A stretch of DNA of 10,068 bases from Candidatus Latescibacterota bacterium (GTDB taxonomy: Bacteria > Latescibacterota > UBA2968): positions 1 to 10,068 of the forward strand of contig JAYODI010000015.1 in NCBI GenBank assembly GCA_038279365.1, written 5' to 3'. The position numbers and the translations under genes were made by a program. Below the pieces are notes generated by a model that was not told the origin of the DNA, did no database searches, and worked only from the letters and a program-made list of their open reading frames with translations. Below are positions 1 through 5,942 of this stretch, one piece after another. Numbering within the stretch: position 1 is the stretch's first letter; each line of letters starts with the position of its first letter.

Positions 1-466
1 GCACCCGCTCCATCACCGCGCGCAACACATCCATCGTGCTCAAAATGCCCACCAAGCGGCTGTCTTCCAAAACCAGCAAGCGATGAATCCGGTCGGTGTA
101 CATAATCTTGGCCACCTCTTCAATGGGTGTATCCACAGACACCGACAACACATCGGTAGACATAATATCGCGCACCTGCAGGTTCACCACATCGTCGGGC
201 ACAAGATCTTCCGAAAGCATGTCTCCCCCCGCATCATCGTGATGTTTGTGATACTCCGACTCCACCACGTGTGAATCGCCAAACACATCGCTGTGCAACA
301 ACACATCGGTGGTTGAAACCACCCCCACCAAATGGCCTGCATCATCCACCACAGGCGCACCACTGATATCGTGTTTTTGAAACAACTGTGAGAGTGCCAA
401 AACCGTCATCTTCTCATGTGCAGGAATAATCTCAGTCGTCATAATGTCTTTTGCGGTCACACTCAT
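1..466 (-). CDS. Tandem CBS-domain (Bateman module) protein; 3' end runs off the left edge of the window
   Basis: Not in the ORF track because there is no stop codon in the window. Manual translation from ATG at 466 (SD GGAG at 475-478) gives MSVTAKDIMTTEIIPAHEKMTVLALSQLFQKHDISGAPVVDDAGHLVGVVSTTDVL...LQVRDIMSTDVVGVCVDTPIEEVAKIMYTDRIHRLLVLEDSRLVGILSTMDVLRAVMERV. This has two typical CBS repeats (xDIM...PVVD..G.LVGxxSxxD) and 155 open codons. Confidence 0.93.
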   Translation of the reverse strand, partial: MSVTAKDIMTTEIIPAHEKMTVLALSQLFQKHDISGAPVVDDAGHLVGVVSTTDVLLHSDVFGDSHVVESEYHKHHDDAGGDMLSEDLVPDDVVNLQVRDIMSTDVLSVSVDTPIEEVAKIMYTDRIHRLLVLEDSRLVGILSTMDVLRAVMERV

Positions 467-514
467 TTTGTCAGCTCCGGTTTTGATAATCGATAAAAGA
501 GAACCATCAACATT

Positions 515-2701
515 TTATTTTTCTGGGCCAAAAATTAATGCCTCCGCAGAAAGGCGTTGAACTTCAATACCACCCAAGTGCGCTTTAATCTCTTCATCAC
601 GGTGCCAAGAAGCGACCGGTGTCGTATTTTTGGTATATGTTACAGAACGCTTCGCATCTTCGCCAGACACCACAAAAGACACATTTTTGAGGGGTTCACG
701 CACCGCCCAAACATGTTTTAAATAAAATTTTTGTGGGTCCGATGCATACACAAACAGCACCCCCCGTTCTGGCAAAGCGAGGTCTGCACTTTCTTCGGGT
801 TCTGTGCGAGCAAATATAAAAGCCATCTCAAAACGTTTGTTCTTTAGCGCAGACACCGTTGGTTTGTTTTCACGGTCTTTAAACATTTGAGCCAACGCTG
901 CCTCCTGAGCGGCAGCCCGTTCTTTCCGGGGTTCTACATAAGCGGTAACCTCTTGTGTTAAACTGCGCTTCAAATCTTGAATGGTCACCGGCGGAACATC
1001 TGTGCGCCGCAAATAAACCTTGGTCTCCCCATCATCGGCACCCAATGGCTGAATCGCTTCAATAGATACGCCCTGATGCACCGTGCCCCGCACGCTAACC
1101 GACAGCGAATCATCAGTTTCACCTTGTGATTCGTCAACACCTGCTTTGATGCGTATCAAATCTTCAATCTCCCGCTTGGCATCTGCAATAGTGCCTTCAA
1201 GCGCAATTTTTACTTTGGCCGCCTTGGCAAAGTCCATCAACACGGCCCGTTCGGTAGGTCCTTTTGGCGCACGTTTTTCGCCCTTCATCAACCCCTGCCA
1301 ATAGGTGCTTTTTCGGCTCCTTTTCTCCATCTCTTCCAAAAAGGCACCCAACTTGGCAACATTGTTTTCCAAGTCAACCTTCAATGTTGCAATGCTGTGA
1401 TCCAACCGTGCCTTTTGGGCATCTTCGCGCGGCATACCCCCAATGCGAATGCGTGTAAGCGCACCCCGTTCATTGCCCATATTTCCGCGCACCAAAAGCC
1501 GCCCACCAAACGTGGTCACCCCACCCACCAAATCGCCATCAATGCGCACATCGTGCCCAGCTTCCAACGAAGACATCACACACTTAGCACCAATCAAAAT
1601 CTGGCCCGCAGAAATGTTTCGGCCCGAAACCTCTTGCGCCACAAATGTCTCCTGCACTTCAATTTCAGACAGCGCCAATGTGTTTCGAATTTTGTCCTGC
1701 GCACTTTCTTCTAAGGCATCGGTTTCTCCACTCAAAAATTCTTTGGGCAAACCAGCACCAACCACCTGCCCATTGACAATCAAATGCCGTGCATGCACCT
1801 GTGTACCTTTGTCAATTGACGCAGGCATATCCGACTGGCCAATCAACACATCACCCGTGGTAAAAACCCCACCCCCTTGCCGAATCCCATTTTTGATCCG
1901 AAAATGGCTCGTGGCCACACCCGTGCGCGGCAAATTGCCCGTAGACATATTGACCTCGTCGGCCTGAACCTCTTGTACCACTTGCACCTGCCCTGCTGCA
2001 TCTTCAAAATAAACCCCTTCAATAACCGCCACAATCTTATCGCCCTGCACCTCTGTGTTTGGGCCATTTATCTTCTCCAAAGACACATCTTTGGGTGCGT
2101 CAACAGCTACCACTTCGCCCCGCACATCACTGCCTTCGGTGCCTGGCTCGGGTGGCTGGCGTGCAACCAACGTATCTCCCGGTTTCACGTGGTGTACCTT
2201 TTGACTGGCCAACTTACGATCGGCCAACATCATTTTGTGCAACGGCTCTTTATTGGCATGCAAAGCATACACCAGCTTGCCATCCACACCCGGTTGGGGC
2301 GGCTGTCCTGCTGCCACCTTACGTGTTCCCATCACGCCCGTGCCAGCCAATACCGACGCCACAAAATCATCAATGGCACCCAATACCTCTTCTTCCATAA
2401 TCCCCGAAGAAATATCCCGGCGTGAAAACTCTGCATAAGTTTGTTTGTGTATCAAATCGCGAATAAGCGGTTCCGTATCGGGGTCTTTCAAAAGCCCAGC
2501 CAAAAACGCATCATCTTGGCTCTTAATGCCCAATCCGGCAGACAACCCATTTTGAAATACGGCTGCGCGCACCAAACACGGCAGTTTTTGCCCGTTCCAA
2601 ATCAAATAGTTAGCAGGGGCCTCTTGGGCCTGTGAAGGTTTCCCTTGGTCTTTGGCCGCCTGATCCGAATCAGCAGTCGGTTTTTTTTCAGGTGATTCCA
2701 T
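515..2701 (-). CDS. FapA / DUF342 family protein (flagellar assembly protein A-like) with a long C-terminal extension
   Basis: 728-aa ORF with SD GAGG at 2707-2710. DUF342-type motifs: GQPPQPGVDG, VKPGDTLVARQPPEPGTEGSDVRGE, GPNT...DKIVAVIEG, EVNMSTGNL, beta-solenoid repeats (AGHDVRIDGDLVGG...GNMGNERGALTRIRIG), a coiled-coil insert, then VSVRGTVHQGVSI. Confidence 0.82.
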   Translation of the reverse strand: MESPEKKPTADSDQAAKDQGKPSQAQEAPANYLIWNGQKLPCLVRAAVFQNGLSAGLGIKSQDDAFLAGLLKDPDTEPLIRDLIHKQTYAEFSRRDISSGIMEEEVLGAIDDFVASVLAGTGVMGTRKVAAGQPPQPGVDGKLVYALHANKEPLHKMMLADRKLASQKVHHVKPGDTLVARQPPEPGTEGSDVRGEVVAVDAPKDVSLEKINGPNTEVQGDKIVAVIEGVYFEDAAGQVQVVQEVQADEVNMSTGNLPRTGVATSHFRIKNGIRQGGGVFTTGDVLIGQSDMPASIDKGTQVHARHLIVNGQVVGAGLPKEFLSGETDALEESAQDKIRNTLALSEIEVQETFVAQEVSGRNISAGQILIGAKCVMSSLEAGHDVRIDGDLVGGVTTFGGRLLVRGNMGNERGALTRIRIGGMPREDAQKARLDHSIATLKVDLENNVAKLGAFLEEMEKRSRKSTYWQGLMKGEKRAPKGPTERAVLMDFAKAAKVKIALEGTIADAKREIEDLIRIKAGVDESQGETDDSLSVSVRGTVHQGVSIEAIQPLGADDGETKVYLRRTDVPPVTIQDLKRSLTQEVTAYVEPRKERAAAQEAALAQMFKDRENKPTVSALKNKRFEMAFIFARTEPEESADLALPERGVLFVYASDPQKFYLKHVWAVREPLKNVSFVVSGEDAKRSVTYTKNTTPVASWHRDEEIKAHLGGIEVQRLSAEALIFGPEK

Positions 2702-2755
2702 GAAAACCTCAAAGTTAAAATCTCACCCCCCCCACACACCATCAAATACCTGCCC

Positions 2756-4009
2756 TTAATCTGCCGAAATCACCGGCGACACACTCGCCCTTTGAAACAA
2801 ATCATCAAACTCAGCACTTGCATCATCACGTATCAACTCCGAATGACACCCCCACTCATCCACAGGTTGGTTGCCCTGGCCATAGAACACCCACATTTGT
2901 CGGGTCTTGGCAAAATAAATGTTCATCCCACCCGGCCGGGTTGTTTTAATCACATGGCGTGGCAAACTGTGATCGGCCTTGTCCACACGGTATTTTTCCA
3001 ACGCAGCTTCATCCAATTCAACGCCCAAGCCTGGCGCGTCGGGCACCTGAGCATGCCCGCCCACCACAGGTATGCGCTTTGTGAGCAAACTGTGGTCATA
3101 CAACTCATGGCATGTAATGGTGGGCCACTGTGCGTGGCTCAATACCGCACTCAAATGCAACGACATCGCCGTGGTGGGGCCTGCACCCACCATTTGCAAA
3201 AAGAACGGCATATTTAACGAAGCCGCCGTTGCACCTTGTCGCATCACCGCCGACACGCCCCCCCCCAGCACCCACCCATCACACACACCGCCCATCTCCA
3301 AACCTTCTCGTGGGGGAATAATGCCATAATGGTGCGCAATGGGCGTTTCAATTTGGGTGCGCATATATCGGTTGCCCGAAGCATCGTTTCTTGGAATCGG
3401 ATCTTCAAACATTTTAATTTTGGGAAACGTGCTTTCCAACTCACGCAACACCGGAATGGCATTGGAGGCGTTGTTTAAAAACGCATTCCAATCGGCATCA
3501 ATGCGAAAATGATCGGGCGTCACGGCACTGATGCGCCGAATCGTCTCCCGCACATCAAACCAAGGCCGTGTCTTAATCTTTATACAAGTATACCCCAAAG
3601 CAACGGCTTCTTGTGCTTCGCGTTCATATTTTTCGGGCGACATGTCATGATCCCAAAACGAAATGGCACACCAGTCTCGGCATTTTTCGCCCAACAACCG
3701 ATACACAGGCACCCCCGCCAACTTGCCCGCCGCATCAAACAAGGCCATTTGCAAACCGGCCCCCAATGAATCATCCCACATCGTCTCAAACGGTGTTTTG
3801 CCCACCACGCGCTCATGCGCCTTTACCCGCCCCCACGTATAATTTTGAATCGTTTCGCCCCACCCCACAATACCCGCATCGGTTTCAACCCGCGTAATTT
3901 CCAACTCAGACCACGTATGAATCTCCGCACGCTCCATCTCAGTACGCACCCGATCCACAAACGGCACATGTAAGGTGAAACGTTCTACATCTGTGACTTT
4001 GGCAGACAT
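2756..4009 (-). CDS. Enolase superfamily enzyme (mandelate racemase / muconate lactonizing enzyme family), substrate unknown
   Basis: Preferred start is ATG at 4009 (SD AAGGA at 4017-4021), giving 417 aa; the ORF track start at 4027 is an upstream alternative. Motifs: capping domain ETDAGIVGWGE and MALFDAAGKLAGVPVYRLLG, KxK (K144/K146), metal ligands D173 (DWN) and E202 (EDP), and the C-terminal PDAPGLGVELDE. Confidence 0.93.
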   Translation of the reverse strand: MSAKVTDVERFTLHVPFVDRVRTEMERAEIHTWSELEITRVETDAGIVGWGETIQNYTWGRVKAHERVVGKTPFETMWDDSLGAGLQMALFDAAGKLAGVPVYRLLGEKCRDWCAISFWDHDMSPEKYEREAQEAVALGYTCIKIKTRPWFDVRETIRRISAVTPDHFRIDADWNAFLNNASNAIPVLRELESTFPKIKMFEDPIPRNDASGNRYMRTQIETPIAHHYGIIPPREGLEMGGVCDGWVLGGGVSAVMRQGATAASLNMPFFLQMVGAGPTTAMSLHLSAVLSHAQWPTITCHELYDHSLLTKRIPVVGGHAQVPDAPGLGVELDEAALEKYRVDKADHSLPRHVIKTTRPGGMNIYFAKTRQMWVFYGQGNQPVDEWGCHSELIRDDASAEFDDLFQRASVSPVISAD

Positions 4010-4058
4010 AAAAAAATCCTTAGGCATAAAAGATTGAAAATGAGATCAGCATGGCGTC

Positions 4059-4069
4059 AAGATATCACA
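4059..4069 (-). promoter_or_regulatory. Putative extended -10 promoter element (TGTGATATCTT) for the enolase-family gene
   Basis: Minus strand reads TGTG-A-TATCTT (TRTG plus a TAnnnT box), about 50 nt upstream of ATG 4009. The identical 11-mer lies at an equivalent distance upstream of the DUF5916 gene. Confidence 0.5.
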
Positions 4070-4131
4070 AACAACACAACTACGCCAGCATTGGAAAGAC
4101 AGACAAAATATAAAAATGATGCATTTAAAGT

Positions 4132-4160
4132 TTGTATTCCACTTGCATATACCGTATTTT
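4132..4160 (+). promoter_or_regulatory. Putative sigma70-type promoter for the cyclase pair
   Basis: TTGTAT (4132-4137), 17-nt spacer, TATTTT (4155-4160), preceded by an AT-rich tract (about 4105-4130). SD AGGAG at 4205-4209 lies 8 nt before GTG 4218. Confidence 0.4.
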
Positions 4161-4217
4161 CGCACAATCTAATTTTTGCAGATCGTTTCATAGCGATCGA
4201 TCCCAGGAGCATGACGC

Positions 4218-5942
4218 GTGAAAAATATTTTTAAAAACCTGCCCATATCCATTAAAATTTTTGGCTTGGCCACAAGCATATTGCTCTTGCAAACCATATT
4301 GAGCATTGTGACATACGATCAAGTCAGTCAAGTGACCAAAAAATTAATCGATATCACAGACTATTTGGTGCCTATTGGCGACGCAATCGTCGAAGCCAAC
4401 TTACAGACCACAGAACGCAAAATTTATATGGAACGCATCTTACGCCAATATGAGGGTGTCTCCCCAGATGAGGCCCTATTTAAAGAAGCGCTCAGTGTTT
4501 GGCAAGAACACAGCCTGCATTCTGATACAGCCATTGACCGTGCCATTGATCTGTCAAACAAAGGCCTTTCCCATATCTCCACAACCGAAGACATTGTTGC
4601 TTTTGCGCGTTTGCAACCGGCTTTAGAAAATTTGAAAGTAATGCACCAAGAACACCAGGAAATGGCGCTGGAGATTCTACAAATGCTCCAAAAAGGAGAC
4701 CGTGAATCAGCCCATTTACTCGAAACAGAATTGGAAAAAAGCGGTACAATGCTCGACATCAGAGCCCAGAGAATTCTCGACGATTTGGAATCTTTTTTGG
4801 GCCGATCCATTCGCACAAGTATCAAACACGAACAACAAGCCTTACAACTCAGTTGGGTCATGATGGGCATTGCCGCAGTCATTAGCATTGCCTTTGCTTC
4901 ACAGGTCACCATGGGTTTGATTCGACCCATCAAACAATTGGTCGCAAGCACCACAGAGGTTGAAGACGGAAATCTAAATATAAATGTGCCCGTTGTGTCC
5001 ACGGACGAAATGGGCGAGTTAACAGGCATCTTCAACAATATGGTACACGGCATTCGAGATACGCAACAACTAAAAGCCACATTTGGTCAATACGTCGATC
5101 CGCGCATTGTTGAAGAACTCCTTCGGCAAACCAGCCAAGTAGACGAACACCCCACAAGACAAAGCATGACCGTATTTTTTTCTGATGTCGCGGGTTTTAG
5201 CAGCATCAGTGAAAAACTCACGGCAGAAGGCTTGGTCAAACTCATCAACCAATATCTAACCTTGGCATCAGAACCCATTAGTAACACACATGGGGTCATC
5301 GACAAATTTATAGGGGATGCCATCGTAGCCTTTTGGGGGCCACCATTTACAGAAGCAACAGCCCACGCCACACTGGCCTGCCAAGCCGCACTGGCACAAG
5401 CCAATCAGGTTAAAAAGCTAAATCGCATGATACCCGATCTCATGGGCATCCGGCAAGGTTTGCCTCCCGTCCAAATTCGAATAGGACTTGCCACCGGAGA
5501 ATTGCTCTTGGGCAACATGGGTTCCGACACCTCCAAATCATATACCGTTATGGGAAATGCTGCAGGTTTGGCCGAACAACTCGAAAGCGCAAGCAAAGTG
5601 TATGGCACCCATATTTTAGTGAATGAAGAAACCAAGAACCAAGCAGAGGGTTTTGAATATCGTCAAATAGACACCCTGCTCAATGCCGAAAACGGACAAC
5701 CCGTGCGCATTTATGAATTGCTTTCCGAGCTTGGCGATTTAGATGAGGCAGTCAAACAGACATACAGAATATTTGAACAAGGCTTAGAAGCCTATCGCAA
5801 TCAACAATGGGATCTGGCCAGCACCCATTTTGAACACTGTGTGGCACAGCAAGATGATGCCCCATCCAAAGTATTTCTCAAACGCATTGATACATTGCGA
5901 CGCACCCCCCCAGCGGAGGATTGGCATGGCATCTGGGTTTAA
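4218..5942 (+). CDS. Membrane-bound class III adenylate cyclase, subunit A (C1-like: metal-binding Asp pair intact, catalytic Asn/Arg lost)
   Basis: 574 aa, GTG start with SD AGGAG. TM1 at about aa 12-32, helical periplasmic domain, TM2 at about aa 211-234, HAMP (RPIKQL...GNL...DEMGELTGIFNNM), transducer element FGQYVDP. Cyclase motifs FFSDVAGFS, DKFIGDAIVAFW, RIGLATG, GNMGS...YTVMGNAAGLAEQLE. TPR-like tail ends in PPAEDWHGIW. Confidence 0.95.
   Translation: MKNIFKNLPISIKIFGLATSILLLQTILSIVTYDQVSQVTKKLIDITDYLVPIGDAIVEANLQTTERKIYMERILRQYEGVSPDEALFKEALSVWQEHSLHSDTAIDRAIDLSNKGLSHISTTEDIVAFARLQPALENLKVMHQEHQEMALEILQMLQKGDRESAHLLETELEKSGTMLDIRAQRILDDLESFLGRSIRTSIKHEQQALQLSWVMMGIAAVISIAFASQVTMGLIRPIKQLVASTTEVEDGNLNINVPVVSTDEMGELTGIFNNMVHGIRDTQQLKATFGQYVDPRIVEELLRQTSQVDEHPTRQSMTVFFSDVAGFSSISEKLTAEGLVKLINQYLTLASEPISNTHGVIDKFIGDAIVAFWGPPFTEATAHATLACQAALAQANQVKKLNRMIPDLMGIRQGLPPVQIRIGLATGELLLGNMGSDTSKSYTVMGNAAGLAEQLESASKVYGTHILVNEETKNQAEGFEYRQIDTLLNAENGQPVRIYELLSELGDLDEAVKQTYRIFEQGLEAYRNQQWDLASTHFEHCVAQQDDAPSKVFLKRIDTLRRTPPAEDWHGIWV

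Noticed and set aside
83-274. 63-aa His-rich plus-strand ORF
   Set aside because: It is the antisense shadow of the CBS gene; the His/Ile/Arg richness comes from reverse-complemented Val/Met/Asp codons.
2726-2733. G8 tract upstream of the FapA-like gene as a variable promoter spacer
   Set aside because: No convincing -35/-10 pair brackets it at a usable spacing, and similar C/G runs are frequent in this window.
3258-3266. G9 tract in the enolase-family coding strand as a phase-variation switch
   Set aside because: It is in frame and explained by Leu-Gly-Gly-Gly codons in a cytoplasmic enzyme; there is no evidence of length variation without reads.
1083-3897. Numerous short plus-strand and alternate-frame ORFs over the FapA and enolase genes
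   Set aside because: They lie entirely within well-supported genes and show no recognisable motifs.
4044-4052. Single GATCAGCAT matching the left arm of the heptamer element
   Set aside because: One isolated 9-mer with no tandem copies or inverted partner; compatible with chance.
4181-4198. Small hairpin GATCGTT-TCAT-AGCGATC before the cyclase SD
   Set aside because: Only 7 bp with a G-U pair, it does not sequester the SD, and it has no riboswitch features.
4034-4234. 66-aa plus-strand ORF spanning the divergent intergenic region
   Set aside because: TTG start without a clear SD, no recognisable motif, and it covers the putative promoters and overlaps the cyclase start.
5830-5925. N-terminal extension of cyclase B given in the ORF track
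   Set aside because: TTG start deep inside cyclase A with no SD. The paralog's N-terminus length and the GGAGGA SD favour 5926 or 5947.
4218-5942. Cyclase A as a pseudogene or a guanylate cyclase
   Set aside because: The ORF is full length with a good SD and only side-specific residue losses. The specificity positions are Lys/Thr (ATP type), not Glu/Cys.
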